DNA of 64,000 nucleotides from Rickettsiales bacterium (GCA_020049805.1 JAGVLN010000014.1:7921-71920); one strand, 5' to 3'; shown: positions 19,061-30,390, counted from the stretch's first letter. Program-made: numbers and translations. The notes: a model not told the origin generated them from the letters alone.

Positions 19061-19936
19061 TTATGACTTTAATATTTTAAATAAAGTACTTCCCATCTCC
19101 GCAGGAGATTTTGCTATAGCAATGCCTGCTCTTTTAAAGGCCTCTAATTTATCTTCGGCACCACCTTTACCTCCAGCAATTATAGCGCCAGCATGTCCCA
19201 TCCTTTTTCCAGGAGGAGCAGTAACCCCAGCAATAAAACCAACCATAGTTTTCTTGGTTTTAGAAGTGCGTACAAATTCTGCAGCTTCTTCTTCAGCAGA
19301 GCCTCCTATTTCGCCAATTATGATTATTGCTTCTGTTTTATCATCTTTTAAAAACATTTCTATGCAATCAATAAAATTAGTACCATTTATTGGATCGCCA
19401 CCTATACCAACACAAGTTGATTGTCCTAACCCTACAGCAGTAGTTTGGGCTACCGCTTCATAGGTTAAAGTACCTGATCTAGAAACAATACCTACTTTTC
19501 CTGGCCTATGAATATGACCTGGCATTATTCCTATTTTACACTCCCCAGGGGTGATTACTCCTGGACAATTAGGCCCTATCAACCTAGTTTTAGAATTTTT
19601 TAAAGCTTGTTTTACCTTTAACATATCCAATACTGGTATACCTTCGGTAATACAAACTACTAACTCCATTTCAGCTTCTATAGCTTCTACTATTGAATCA
19701 GCAGCAAAAGGCGGCGGTACATAAATTACTGAAGCGTGAGCGCCAGTAAGTGCTTTAGCTTCTTCAACCGTATCAAACACTGGCAAATCTAAATGTGTAC
19801 TTCCACCTTTACCAGGTGTTACACCTCCAACCATTTTGGTACCATATTCTATAGCTTGCTCAGAATGAAAAGTGCCTTGAGACCCTGTAAAGCCTTGACA
19901 AATTACTTTAGTATCTTTGTTAACCAATATCGCCAT
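19061..19936 (-). CDS. sucD: succinyl-CoA ligase subunit alpha
   Basis: [23 protein letters not shown] and the phosphohistidine loop GHAGAII. Confidence 0.95.
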   Translation of the reverse strand: MAILVNKDTKVICQGFTGSQGTFHSEQAIEYGTKMVGGVTPGKGGSTHLDLPVFDTVEEAKALTGAHASVIYVPPPFAADSIVEAIEAEMELVVCITEGIPVLDMLKVKQALKNSKTRLIGPNCPGVITPGECKIGIMPGHIHRPGKVGIVSRSGTLTYEAVAQTTAVGLGQSTCVGIGGDPINGTNFIDCIEMFLKDDKTEAIIIIGEIGGSAEEEAAEFVRTSKTKKTMVGFIAGVTAPPGKRMGHAGAIIAGGKGGAEDKLEAFKRAGIAIAKSPAEMGSTLFKILKS

Positions 19937-19949
19937 TATTTTGCCTTAT

Positions 19950-21110
19950 CTATTTATTTTTTATTGATGACACTGCTTTATCTGCTGCGTCTGCTAAATC
20001 ATTAGCAGAGATAATTTTTAAACCTGATTGATCAAGCAATTTCTTGCCCAATTCAAAATTAGTACCAGCTAATCGTACTATTATTGGCACATTAACCCCA
20101 ACTTGTTTTGCTGCTGCTATTATACCTTCTGCTATAATATCACAACGCATAATACCGCCAAAAATATTAATTAAAAGCGCTTTAACATTCGGATCAGATA
20201 AAATAATTTTAAACGCTTCGGCTACTCTTTCTTTAGTTGCACTGCCACCGACATCCAAAAAGTTTGCTGGGGCTGCACCATGAAGTTTTATTATATCCAT
20301 AGTAGCCATAGCAAGACCAGCTCCATTAACCATACAACCGATGTTGCCTTCCATTTTGACATAATTCAAATCTGCTCGTTTAGCTCTTAGCTCTAATGGG
20401 TCTTCCTCATCTTCATCACGCATTTCTGCGATAACTTTTTGCCTAAATAAAGCATTGTCATCAAAATTAAGTTTTGCATCTAAGGCTACAAAATCACCTT
20501 CATTAGTTAAAACTAATGGGTTAATTTCTAATTGACTTGCATCTGTTTCATTAAATGCTTTGTATAATTTAGGAATAAAATCAATAAATTTTTTCAAACG
20601 ATCATCTCTAAAACCTAAGCGAAAACCTAGCTTCCTAGCATGAAAAGGCCATAATTGATTCTTAACATGTACTTTTATTATTTGTTCAGGGTTGCGCTCA
20701 GCCACCTCTTCAATATCGACCCCACCCTCGGTTGCAGCAATAAAAGCTAAAGTACTTGTGCTACGATCTAGAACTAAACTAAGATAATATTCTTTCTCAA
20801 TATGAGAAGCTTCTTCTATGTATACTCTACGTACTTTTTGCCCTTCAGGGCCAGTTTGATGAGTAACTAAATTAATTCCAAACATCTTTTTGGCAATTTC
20901 TGCTGCTTCTTCATGTGACTTAGCAATTTTTACTCCGCCAGCCTTACCTCTCCCACCAGCATGGATTTGTGCTTTTACCACTAATGTTTTAGCCTTCAAC
21001 TTAGCAATAGCTTTATCTACTTCTTGCGGTTCAAACACAACCTCACCTTTAGGCACAGGTATGTTATAATGTCTAAAAATTTCTTTGGCTTGATATTCGT
21101 GGATATTCAT
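19950..21110 (-). CDS. sucC: succinyl-CoA ligase subunit beta
   Basis: [12 protein letters not shown]..., ATP-grasp domain, and [18 protein letters not shown]. Confidence 0.95.
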   Translation of the reverse strand: MNIHEYQAKEIFRHYNIPVPKGEVVFEPQEVDKAIAKLKAKTLVVKAQIHAGGRGKAGGVKIAKSHEEAAEIAKKMFGINLVTHQTGPEGQKVRRVYIEEASHIEKEYYLSLVLDRSTSTLAFIAATEGGVDIEEVAERNPEQIIKVHVKNQLWPFHARKLGFRLGFRDDRLKKFIDFIPKLYKAFNETDASQLEINPLVLTNEGDFVALDAKLNFDDNALFRQKVIAEMRDEDEEDPLELRAKRADLNYVKMEGNIGCMVNGAGLAMATMDIIKLHGAAPANFLDVGGSATKERVAEAFKIILSDPNVKALLINIFGGIMRCDIIAEGIIAAAKQVGVNVPIIVRLAGTNFELGKKLLDQSGLKIISANDLADAADKAVSSIKNK

Positions 21111-21128
21111 TTATTTCACCTTGCTAAC

Positions 21129-22088
<960 letters not shown>

Positions 22089-22138
22089 TCATTAATTATG
22101 AATTAATTAACTATACTGATTTTCTTTAATTAATTCAA

Positions 22139-23446
22139 TTAAGAATTCATAGAATCAAAGAATTCACCATTGTTTTTTGTCTGTTTTAATTTTTCAATTA
22201 AGAAATCCATTGCATCAACACCGCCCATTGGCATCAATATTCTTCTTAATACCCATAGTTTTGATAATGTGTTCTTGTCATAAAGAAGGTCTTCTTTACG
22301 CGTTCCAGATCTAGTAACATCAATTGCTGGGAATACTCTTTTATCAGAAATTTTTCTATCTAAAATAATCTCTGAGTTACCAGTACCTTTAAACTCTTCA
22401 AATATAACCTCATCCATTCTTGAGCCAGTATCAATCAATGCGGTAGCAATAATTGTTAGCGAACCTCCATGCTCAATATTTCTAGCGGCTCCAAAAAATC
22501 TTTTTGGTCTTTGTAAGGCATTAGAATCTACACCTCCAGATAATACTTTCCCTGAAGAAGGCACAACAGCATTATAAGCTCTGGCTAATCTAGTAATATT
22601 ATCTAATAATATCACTACATCCTTTTTTTGCTCTACTAACCTTTTAGCCTTTTCTATAACCATTTCTGCTAGTTGGATATGGCGCGTAGCAGGCTCATCA
22701 AAAGTTGAACTCACTACTTCACCTTTAACCGATCTAATCATATCCGTCACTTCTTCAGGACGCTCATCTATAAGCAGTACTATTAAAATAACCTCTGGAT
22801 GATTTGCAGCTATTGAGTGAGCTATATTTTGCATTAACATAGTTTTACCAGTTCTTGGTGGCGCAACTACTAATGCTCTTTGTCCTTTTCCAAGAGGACA
22901 AATTAAATCTATTACTCTTGAGCTATAATCTTTACTATTATCAATCTCTAAATTTAATCTTTCATTAGGATATAAAGGTGTTAAATTGTCAAAGTTGACT
23001 CTATGAGCTATTTTATCAGGAGTATCATTATTAATTTCAGTAACTTTTAATAAAGCAAAATATCTTTCTCCTTGCTTTGGGGCTCTAATTTGCCCACTTA
23101 CCGTATCACCGGTTCTAAGACCAAATCTTCTTATCTGACTTGGAGAAACATATATATCATCTGGACCAGCTAAATAGTTGGCTTCAGGAGAACGTAAAAA
23201 ACCAAAACCATCTTGTAGAACTTCTAATACACCTTCACCAATAATTGCTCCTCCCTGTTCAGCTAATTTTTTCAATATAGAAAAAATTAAATCTTGCTTA
23301 AGCATAGAGCTTACGCTTTCTACGCCATATCCTTCTGCAATTTCTTGAATTTCAGTTGGACTTTTCTTTTTCAGATCTTTGAGATGAATTAAATGATTAT
23401 TGTTGTTTTCTATCGGAGCGTCTTTAGGTTCTATATTTTCTGTCAT
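22139..23446 (-). CDS. rho: transcription termination factor Rho
   Basis: N-terminal RNA-binding domain (GFGFLR), Walker A PPRTGKT, and C-terminal DSMNS. Confidence 0.95.
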   Translation of the reverse strand: MTENIEPKDAPIENNNNHLIHLKDLKKKSPTEIQEIAEGYGVESVSSMLKQDLIFSILKKLAEQGGAIIGEGVLEVLQDGFGFLRSPEANYLAGPDDIYVSPSQIRRFGLRTGDTVSGQIRAPKQGERYFALLKVTEINNDTPDKIAHRVNFDNLTPLYPNERLNLEIDNSKDYSSRVIDLICPLGKGQRALVVAPPRTGKTMLMQNIAHSIAANHPEVILIVLLIDERPEEVTDMIRSVKGEVVSSTFDEPATRHIQLAEMVIEKAKRLVEQKKDVVILLDNITRLARAYNAVVPSSGKVLSGGVDSNALQRPKRFFGAARNIEHGGSLTIIATALIDTGSRMDEVIFEEFKGTGNSEIILDRKISDKRVFPAIDVTRSGTRKEDLLYDKNTLSKLWVLRRILMPMGGVDAMDFLIEKLKQTKNNGEFFDSMNS

Positions 23447-23548
23447 GTAAATATATTTTATATTGTTAATAATTATTGATTTATACGTATAAAAGATCTT
23501 TTCTTCTACTTAGCACATGCCTTGACTTTGTTGATTTTGAAGTTAAGA

Positions 23549-23569
23549 AAGGGCAGATTACCAGCCCTT
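23549..23569. terminator. GC-cored hairpin AAGGGC-N9-GCCCTT in the hemJ/rho spacer; possible hemJ terminator or rho-leader structure
   Basis: Stem arms at 23549-23554 and 23564-23569. On the + strand it is followed by AATTTTT, and on the - strand by TCTTAACTT. A sigma70-like pair on the - strand (TTGACA 23600-23605, 17-nt spacer, TATTGT 23577-23582) lies just upstream of it. Confidence 0.35.
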
Positions 23570-23619
23570 AATTTTTACAATAACAAAACATTTATTTATT
23601 GTCAATCGCCTTTCTTAAG

Positions 23620-24060
23620 TTAATTATCAAAAGGCTTTACTATAACTAAGATTACTATTGCAATAAACACCACCACCGGTAGTTCATTTATTATTTTATA
23701 GAATTTAGCTGATTTTTTATTCTGGCCCTTAACAAAATCTTTGCGCCATTTCGCCAAAAATCCATGTATTACCGTTAATAAAATAACTGCCAACATTTTT
23801 AAGTGAAACCACTTACCTAGAGCTAAAAAACCATATATATATGCTAACATCCCACCTAAAATAATCGTAATAATCATCGCTGGATTGATAATTATTTTTA
23901 AAAGCCTTCTTTCCATAGTTTGAAAAATTTTATCTTGGTCTGAACCAATTTTTACCTCCGCATGGTAAGCATAAAGCCTTGGCAAATAAAACATTCCTGC
24001 CATCCAGGAAGTCATCGCAATAACATGAAAAGCTTTTATCCACTCGTAATAATTACTCAT
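23620..24060 (-). CDS. hemJ: protoporphyrinogen IX oxidase HemJ
   Basis: The segment WIKAFHVIAMTSWMAGMFYLPRLYAYHAE is the HemJ/UPF0093 signature. 146 aa with 4 TM segments. Translationally coupled to hemH. Confidence 0.85.
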   Translation of the reverse strand: MSNYYEWIKAFHVIAMTSWMAGMFYLPRLYAYHAEVKIGSDQDKIFQTMERRLLKIIINPAMIITIILGGMLAYIYGFLALGKWFHLKMLAVILLTVIHGFLAKWRKDFVKGQNKKSAKFYKIINELPVVVFIAIVILVIVKPFDN

Positions 24061-25118
24061 ATTACATCTTCCTTGTAATTATTTAGACAGCTGCAGAACT
24101 CTCTAGGGCATTGCCTAGAGCCAACATTAGATATAATCATATCTTTTTTTGAGTTTTTGACAAGTGTCATCAACATTGAACTTAAGTTAGCAAGAGTCGC
24201 TATAAATAATTTATCCTTACCTAAAGTTTCAACCCTGTAATAACCTTTTATCCCCAATTCATCAGCTAATTTTTTATACATAATATCAAGTTCAAATAAC
24301 GTTTCCGAATGTTCTGAAACAAATGCTACCGGCACAACGATTACAGCAACTTCGTCTTTAGCCGCTTTTATAAGTTCACTTTCTGTAGTTGGCTCCAACC
24401 ATTCCATAGGCCCAACTTTGCTTTGATAACAAACTTGATATTCAAAATCTAAGCCCTTAAGCTCTTTTACTACTAATTTTACCACTTGTTCTATTTGCCA
24501 TTGGTATGGATCTCCTTTAGCAATTACAGATTTTGGTAACCCGTGAGCAGAAAATAATATCCTAATTTTTTTATGCCTATCAGTAATTTGGTTATATAGT
24601 GCTACTAATTTATTAACATGCGCCTTGATAAAATCATTTTCACTATAATAACAACATATTGACTTGATCGGAATATTACCTAAATATTTCTTTAATTCCT
24701 GCAAAGAAGATTTGGTAGTAGTAGTAGAAAATTGAGGGTATAAAGGAATAAAAAAAACTTCTTCTGCGCCAAAATCTTTTATTTTATCTACAGTCTCTTT
24801 GCTTAATGGGTGCCAATATCTCATAGCAACGAAAACTTTAAATTCTATTTTCTTTTGTTTAGAATTTAAGTATTTTTCTAACGCCTCGGCTTGTTCATTA
24901 GTTTCTTCTAATAATGGTGACTTATTTCCTATTGCTCGGTATATTTCTTTTGTTTTATTAGCTCTTAGTGAAGAAATTATTTTAGCGAGAATCCACCTAA
25001 AAGGATTTGGAATGTTGATAATATTTCTATCATAGAATAAATTAAATAAAAACTTTTCTACAGCAGATAAACTATCTGGCCCCCCTAAGTTAGCTAATAC
25101 AATGGCGATTTTCTTCAT
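24057..25118 (-). CDS. hemH: ferrochelatase
   Basis: LANLGGPDS, LYPQFSTTTT and SAHGLP motifs. Confidence 0.93.
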   Translation of the reverse strand: MKKIAIVLANLGGPDSLSAVEKFLFNLFYDRNIINIPNPFRWILAKIISSLRANKTKEIYRAIGNKSPLLEETNEQAEALEKYLNSKQKKIEFKVFVAMRYWHPLSKETVDKIKDFGAEEVFFIPLYPQFSTTTTKSSLQELKKYLGNIPIKSICCYYSENDFIKAHVNKLVALYNQITDRHKKIRILFSAHGLPKSVIAKGDPYQWQIEQVVKLVVKELKGLDFEYQVCYQSKVGPMEWLEPTTESELIKAAKDEVAVIVVPVAFVSEHSETLFELDIMYKKLADELGIKGYYRVETLGKDKLFIATLANLSSMLMTLVKNSKKDMIISNVGSRQCPREFCSCLNNYKEDVI

Positions 25119-26137
25119 TAATTTTTTCTTACAGTATCGATTAAAAATTTTACATTTTCAAGTGGTGTATTAGGTAAAACCCCATGCCCCAAATTGAAAA
25201 TAAAAGGTCTTTTAAAATTATTTTTTATGTTCAAAATTTCTTGATGTAAAATTTCTTGATCTTTAGACAATAAATAAATCGGATCTAGGTTACCTTGTAT
25301 AATTTTTGTTTTTTGTATTGTATTTACTACGTAATCTACCGGAACATTTTGATCTACACCTAGAATATCTATTCCTGTTTTTTGGGAATATTCTTCATAT
25401 AAAAATCCTGCTCCTCTAGGAAAACCAATAATCGGTGTATGAGGGAATTCGTTTTTTATTATCTTAACAACTTTAATAGTTGGTTCTATAACGCATTTTC
25501 TAAATTCTGTTTCACTTAATAGTCCTGCCCAAGAATCAAATAATTGAATTACATCTGCTCCTGCTCGTATTTGCATTATTAAATGTCTAGCTACTGCATC
25601 AACAAGTTTATCCATCAAAATTTTAAATTCTTCTGGATTATTAATAACAAATTCTCTAGCTATAGAAAAATTTTTACCACCTCTACCCTCTATCATATAA
25701 GCTGCTAACGTCCATGGTGCTCCAGCAAAACCAATTAATGTTTTATCAGAAGATAGACCTTTTTTTACTATTGTTAGTGCTTCATATACTGGCTCTAAAT
25801 TTTTTTCAATAGTTGTATCATTCAATTTATTAATATCACTCCTATCCTCTAGTTTTGTAAGAATTGGTCCCTTACCTTCATCAAAGACTAGTTCCATACC
25901 CAATGCTTGTGGAATTAATAAAATATCAGAAAAAATTATTGCAGCATCAAAATCAAATCTTTCTATAGGTTGTAAAGTTACTTTTGCTGCTAACTTAGAA
26001 TTATAACACATATCTAGAAAGGAATTAGTAGAACGGACTTCTCTATATTCTGGGAGATATCTACCAGCTTGTCTCATTAACCAAATAGGTAAATAATTAT
26101 TTGAATTAGATTTTATTACTTCTAGAAGTTTTTTCAT
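25118..26137 (-). CDS. hemE: uroporphyrinogen decarboxylase
   Basis: PIWLMRQAGRYLPEYRE and IIFSDILLIP motifs. Confidence 0.95.
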   Translation of the reverse strand: MKKLLEVIKSNSNNYLPIWLMRQAGRYLPEYREVRSTNSFLDMCYNSKLAAKVTLQPIERFDFDAAIIFSDILLIPQALGMELVFDEGKGPILTKLEDRSDINKLNDTTIEKNLEPVYEALTIVKKGLSSDKTLIGFAGAPWTLAAYMIEGRGGKNFSIAREFVINNPEEFKILMDKLVDAVARHLIMQIRAGADVIQLFDSWAGLLSETEFRKCVIEPTIKVVKIIKNEFPHTPIIGFPRGAGFLYEEYSQKTGIDILGVDQNVPVDYVVNTIQKTKIIQGNLDPIYLLSKDQEILHQEILNIKNNFKRPFIFNLGHGVLPNTPLENVKFLIDTVRKN

Positions 26138-26424
26138 TATAATAATTTAATTATATTCTTTAAGTTGTTTTAGTAGGAAAAGAATTTTTGTGGATAAATA
26201 TTTATCCACAAAAGTATCCACATATTTATGAAAAAAGATAATAGTATAAAAATCTAGTAAATCCAATATATTTAATAGGATCAAATTAAAGTTGACCACA
26301 TTATTCACAAAGTAAATTATTATGTTTTCAACATGTTAGTAGTTTATTATAAAAAAAGTGATAAACTTGTTAGTTAATAACATAACCATAATTATGCACA
26401 AGTTATCAACATATTATTCACATT
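26138..26424. other. candidate chromosomal replication origin (oriC) in the hemE/DUF299 spacer
   Basis: Eight DnaA-box-like 9-mers lie within 234 bp, two of them perfect and arranged as a 22-bp palindrome. They are flanked by nearly pure A/T stretches. The hemE-ori-RP001/CC0001 homologue-coaE-dnaQ synteny is known from Caulobacter and Rickettsia. Gene orientation diverges from this point. Confidence 0.75.
26189..26222. promoter_or_regulatory. DnaA-box triplet: TGTGGATAA (26189-26197, - orientation, perfect), TTATCCACA (26202-26210, perfect), GTATCCACA (26214-26222, 1 mismatch)
   Basis: Read directly from the sequence. TGTGGATAAATATTTATCCACA is a perfect 22-bp palindrome. Further boxes: TTGACCACA 26292-26300, TTATTCACA 26301-26309, TTATGCACA 26392-26400, TTATCAACA 26403-26411, TTATTCACA 26414-26422. 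Confidence 0.8.
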
Positions 26425-27255
26425 ATGAAAAAGGTAACCCTACATTTAATTTCTGATTCAACAGGAGAGACTTTATCTTCTATTGCAAAAGCTGCATTTG
26501 CTCAGTTCGATCAGATAGAACTCAAAGAATATATTTGGTCATTAATTAGAAGTCCGATTCAATTAAACAAAGTAATAAGTACTCTAAGAAAAAAGCCAGG
26601 TATAGTAATGTATACTTTAACTGATCAACAATTAATAGAAACTTTAAGAGAAGAATGTAGCGCTCTACAAATGCCATGTATGCCTGTATTAGATAATATA
26701 GTCTATAGCTTATCTCAATTTTTGAAAATCAAACCTAACCCAAAACCTGGAAAACAGCATGTTATAGATGAGGAATATTTTAGGAAAATAGAAGCAATGA
26801 ATTTTTCTATTACTCATGATGATGGTCAGCATATAGAAAATTTAGGAAATGCAGATATTATACTAGTGGGACCATCTCGTACTTCTAAATCTCCAACTTC
26901 TATGTATCTTGCTCATAGGGGATTTAAAACAGCTAATGTACCCTTTGTTAGTGGGTGTCCCTTACCCGAAATTTTATTTAGTGCTAAAAAACCTTTAATT
27001 GTTGGTATGTCAATTTCTCCTATAAGATTAGTTGAAATAAGAAAAAGTAGATTATTAAGTATGAGTGACCATAATAATACGGAATATATTGATCAAGAAA
27101 AAGTAACAAATGAAATGATGGAAGCTAAAAAAATTTTTACTGTTAATCATTGGCCTATTATAGATATAACCCGTAAATCTGTTGAAGAAATTTCAGCAAC
27201 GATAGTGCAATTATATCATGAAAGAAATAAAGGTTTAAAACGAGTTGTATGTTAA
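26425..27255 (+). CDS. DUF299 kinase/phosphorylase (pyruvate,phosphate dikinase / PEP synthase regulatory protein family; RP001/CC0001 homologue)
   Basis: N-terminal HLISDSTGET and P-loop ILVGPSRTSKSPTSMYLAHRGFKTANVP. Its position next to hemE is as in other alphaproteobacterial origins. Confidence 0.85.
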   Translation: MKKVTLHLISDSTGETLSSIAKAAFAQFDQIELKEYIWSLIRSPIQLNKVISTLRKKPGIVMYTLTDQQLIETLREECSALQMPCMPVLDNIVYSLSQFLKIKPNPKPGKQHVIDEEYFRKIEAMNFSITHDDGQHIENLGNADIILVGPSRTSKSPTSMYLAHRGFKTANVPFVSGCPLPEILFSAKKPLIVGMSISPIRLVEIRKSRLLSMSDHNNTEYIDQEKVTNEMMEAKKIFTVNHWPIIDITRKSVEEISATIVQLYHERNKGLKRVVC

Positions 27256-27836
27256 AAATCGCCTTAACAGGGTCTATTGCTACCGGCAAAAGCTATGTGC
27301 TCTCTTATTTTCAAGAAGCTTTAATACCTATATTCAGTTTTGATAAGGAAGTATCTCAACTTTTGAATAATGATTTAAATGTTTTTGATCAAATTAAATT
27401 AGAATTTCCTGAAGCTATAGAAAATAATTTAATAAACAGAAAGAAATTAGCGGATATCGTTTTTTTTAATAAAAACAAGTTGAATAGACTAGAAAATATT
27501 ATCTATCCCAAGTTATTTATAGAGTATGAAAAATTTCTAAAAATAAATATGGAAAAGCATGTGCCACTAATTATTGCAGAAGTACCATTACTTTTTGAAA
27601 AGAAATTAGAAAAGTTGTTCGATCAGATTATTTTAGTAACATGTTCTAAAAGAGTACAAATGGAAAGAGCCTTACAACGTGAAGGTATGACAAAAGAAAA
27701 ATTAGATGCTATAATCAGCAATCAAATGCCAGATATTAAAAAACGAAAATTTGCAGATTACATAATTTTTACAGATATAAGATCAGATAAGCTAAAACTA
27801 CAAATAGATAATTTAATAAAGACTTTAAAACAATGA
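27249..27836 (+). CDS. coaE: dephospho-CoA kinase
   Basis: IALTGSIATGKS P-loop, 195 aa. It overlaps both neighbours. Confidence 0.88.
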   Translation: MLKIALTGSIATGKSYVLSYFQEALIPIFSFDKEVSQLLNNDLNVFDQIKLEFPEAIENNLINRKKLADIVFFNKNKLNRLENIIYPKLFIEYEKFLKINMEKHVPLIIAEVPLLFEKKLEKLFDQIILVTCSKRVQMERALQREGMTKEKLDAIISNQMPDIKKRKFADYIIFTDIRSDKLKLQIDNLIKTLKQ

Positions 27837-28513
27837 GAGAAATAATACTAGATACAGAAACTACTGGCCTAAATCCTGCGATAGGTCATAGAATAATTGA
27901 AATCGGATGTGTAGAAATTTTTAATAAATCCAAGACAGGCAAAATATTTCATTTTCATATTAATCCTGAAAGAGAAGTGCCAGAGGAAGCTTTTAAAATA
28001 CATGGCATTTCAACAGAGTTTCTTAAAGACAAGCCAGTATTTAAAGATATTGCTCAACAATTTGTAGATTTTATAGAGGATAGTCCTTTAATTATTCATA
28101 ATGCGCCATTTGATATAAAGTTTCTTAATGCCGAACTAGCAGCTTTAAATTATGATTTAATAGAGTTTCAAAGAGCAATTGACACTCTAATCTTAGCTAG
28201 AAAAAAATTTCCAGGTAGTCCTGTAAGTTTAGATGCATTGTGCAAAAGATTTAAAATTAGCAACGCGCATCGTACAAAGCATGGAGCATTACTAGATTCA
28301 GAATTGCTATATGAGGTATATATAGCACTCACGGAAGGGGTGCAGTCAGAACTAAAACTGCATGAAGCTAATAAAATTTTAGGCGCAAACAAAAATTTAG
28401 AGACAAATAAGCCATTAGTACCATATAGAACATTTCCTGTTTCAGAAGAAGAAAATGCAGCTCATCAAGAGTTTATTCAAAAAATTGAAAAAACATTATG
28501 GCAATCTAATTAA
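27833..28513 (+). CDS. dnaQ: DNA polymerase III epsilon subunit (3'-5' exonuclease)
   Basis: ExoI motif ILDTETTGL, ExoII motif IHNAPFDIKFL, ExoIII motif HGALLDSELL. Confidence 0.93.
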   Translation: MREIILDTETTGLNPAIGHRIIEIGCVEIFNKSKTGKIFHFHINPEREVPEEAFKIHGISTEFLKDKPVFKDIAQQFVDFIEDSPLIIHNAPFDIKFLNAELAALNYDLIEFQRAIDTLILARKKFPGSPVSLDALCKRFKISNAHRTKHGALLDSELLYEVYIALTEGVQSELKLHEANKILGANKNLETNKPLVPYRTFPVSEEENAAHQEFIQKIEKTLWQSN

Positions 28514-28971
28514 TTTGCAGTGCCTTGTTGTTGCTTCTGTTGGGCGTATAAACTAGCAAAATCTATAGGATTAATCATTAATGGTTGGAAACCACCATCT
28601 CTAGTTACATCAGCTATTACTCTTCTTGCAAAAGGAAAAATTAAACTAGGGCAATAAATTAGTAAAATTTGTTCTTTTTGAGCTTCATCAGGAATATTAG
28701 TTAGAGTAAATAACCCTGAATAAGCCAATTCTACAGCAAATAAGGTGTCACCTTCATTTGTAGCTTTAGTAGTAATGTTTAGAGTGACCTCGTAATTATC
28801 CTCTGTAGCTTTTTGTACATTAATATCGATATTTAAGTCTATTTTTGGTGCATTTTTTATATTCGCTAAAGAAACGGGAGATTTAGGATTCTCAAAAGAT
28901 AAGTCTTTAATATATTGGGCGTTAATTATTACTTGAGGCTGTGGAGCAGATGTTTTGTTATTAGTGGTCAT
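28510..28971 (-). CDS. secB: protein-export chaperone SecB
   Basis: YIKDLSFENP..., CPSLIFPFARRVIADVTRDGGFQPLMINPIDF. Confidence 0.9.
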   Translation of the reverse strand: MTTNNKTSAPQPQVIINAQYIKDLSFENPKSPVSLANIKNAPKIDLNIDINVQKATEDNYEVTLNITTKATNEGDTLFAVELAYSGLFTLTNIPDEAQKEQILLIYCPSLIFPFARRVIADVTRDGGFQPLMINPIDFASLYAQQKQQQGTAN

Positions 28972-29063
28972 TATATTTATCCTTTTAAGTATTTAAATAA
29001 TTTTCATTATACTACAATTATTGATGTTGTCAGGTCAAGAATAATTGGTTATTAAATTGCATA

Positions 29064-30365
29064 TTGAATAATATTAACCTAAAATTAATTTTTATATATT
29101 TTAATTTATTAAAACATACTTGTAATGCGGCAATAGTGAAAAAGAATTCAAATTTAATAGCAGTAGTAGATATAGGAGATACCAAAATAGTTTGCTTTAT
29201 AGCTAAAGCAAGCCATATAGGTGGAATTGATATTATTGGTAGTGGTCATCAAGTTTCTGAAGGCTTTAAATCTGGAATGATAGTGGATATGAAAACCTTA
29301 AGGTCTTCTATTATAGCAGCGATTTATGCTGCAGAACAAATGGCTTCTATTAGTGTTGATAGTGTTATAGTAAATTTATCCAGCCCTTTGGCAAGATCTT
29401 TTATTTCGCGAGCGCAAATAAATCTTTCTGGCAGGCAAATATTAAATAGTGACATACGCAGATTAATAAATTTGTCGTTAGATAAGGTTGACCGTACTAA
29501 AGAAGAAATTTTATATTTTTCTCCTTTAAATTATGATGTGGATGATTTTAAAAATATAAAAAATCCCGAATTTATGTTTGCGAGTGATGTTAAGATAGAT
29601 ACCGCTATAACTGCTGTTCCTAATAATGTCTTGGTTAATATTGCTAGTTGCTTTGCCGGTTGTCATATTAAAATTTCAGACTTTGTTTTAACTTCATATG
29701 CTTCAGCGATTGCTTCTTTACAAAAAGAGGAGATGATACGAGGGTCTATATTAATAGATATAGGAGGAGGGTCTACAAATTTTTGCTTATTTGAAGATGA
29801 GCATTTGATTTTTAGTAGCACTATTCAAATAGGAGGAAAAAATATCACTAGAGATATAGCTAATTTCTTTTCTATTAATTTTTCTGAAGCTGAAAGAATT
29901 AAAGTCATATATGGTAGCTCTATAAACACATATGTTGATGAGGATAAAACTATATTAGTTAAACAATTTAGTGAAGATCTTGATCAAGAGCCAAATTCCA
30001 TCAAAAATTCTTTGCTAAACCAAGTAATCGCAGCTAGAGTGGAAGAGATTTTTGAATTGGTAAAGAAAAAGCTTGTAAGCCAAGGATTCAAAAGTTTGGG
30101 CAAAAAAACTATAGTGCTAACAGGAGGCACAAGCCAATTACCAAGTATTGCTGAGGTTGCAAGTAAAATATTAAATAGCAAGGTAAGGTTAGGCTTGCCA
30201 AGAATTTCAATGAATGATACTACTTATACCAGAGATCCTTCTTTTTCTACAGCTATTGGTATGATTAAATATTATTATATGTCTGAATATCAAAAGCAAA
30301 AATATATTAATAAGAATGCAAGTATGTTCAGTAAAATGATTGCTTGGCTTCAGCAGAATTTTTAA
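29064..30365 (+). CDS. ftsA: cell division protein FtsA
   Basis: AVVDIGDTKIV, LIDIGGGSTNF and LTGGTSQLP actin-fold motifs, plus a C-terminal amphipathic helix (FSKMIAWLQQNF). The ORF-track start is a TTG. GTG 29136 (VKKNSNLIAVVDIG) gives a more typical N-terminus, so the start is uncertain. Confidence 0.85.
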   Translation: MNNINLKLIFIYFNLLKHTCNAAIVKKNSNLIAVVDIGDTKIVCFIAKASHIGGIDIIGSGHQVSEGFKSGMIVDMKTLRSSIIAAIYAAEQMASISVDSVIVNLSSPLARSFISRAQINLSGRQILNSDIRRLINLSLDKVDRTKEEILYFSPLNYDVDDFKNIKNPEFMFASDVKIDTAITAVPNNVLVNIASCFAGCHIKISDFVLTSYASAIASLQKEEMIRGSILIDIGGGSTNFCLFEDEHLIFSSTIQIGGKNITRDIANFFSINFSEAERIKVIYGSSINTYVDEDKTILVKQFSEDLDQEPNSIKNSLLNQVIAARVEEIFELVKKKLVSQGFKSLGKKTIVLTGGTSQLPSIAEVASKILNSKVRLGLPRISMNDTTYTRDPSFSTAIGMIKYYYMSEYQKQKYINKNASMFSKMIAWLQQNF

Positions 30366-30390
30366 AGTTCAAAATAATTAAATAAATAGA

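Noticed and set aside
26138-26424. CtrA sites (TTAA-N7-TTAA) and CcrM GANTC sites in the putative origin, by analogy with Caulobacter Cori.
   Set aside because: TTAA pairs occur only with 9- or 10-nt spacers (26147/26160 and 26272/26286), and I found no GANTC. I therefore make no claim of CtrA or CcrM control.
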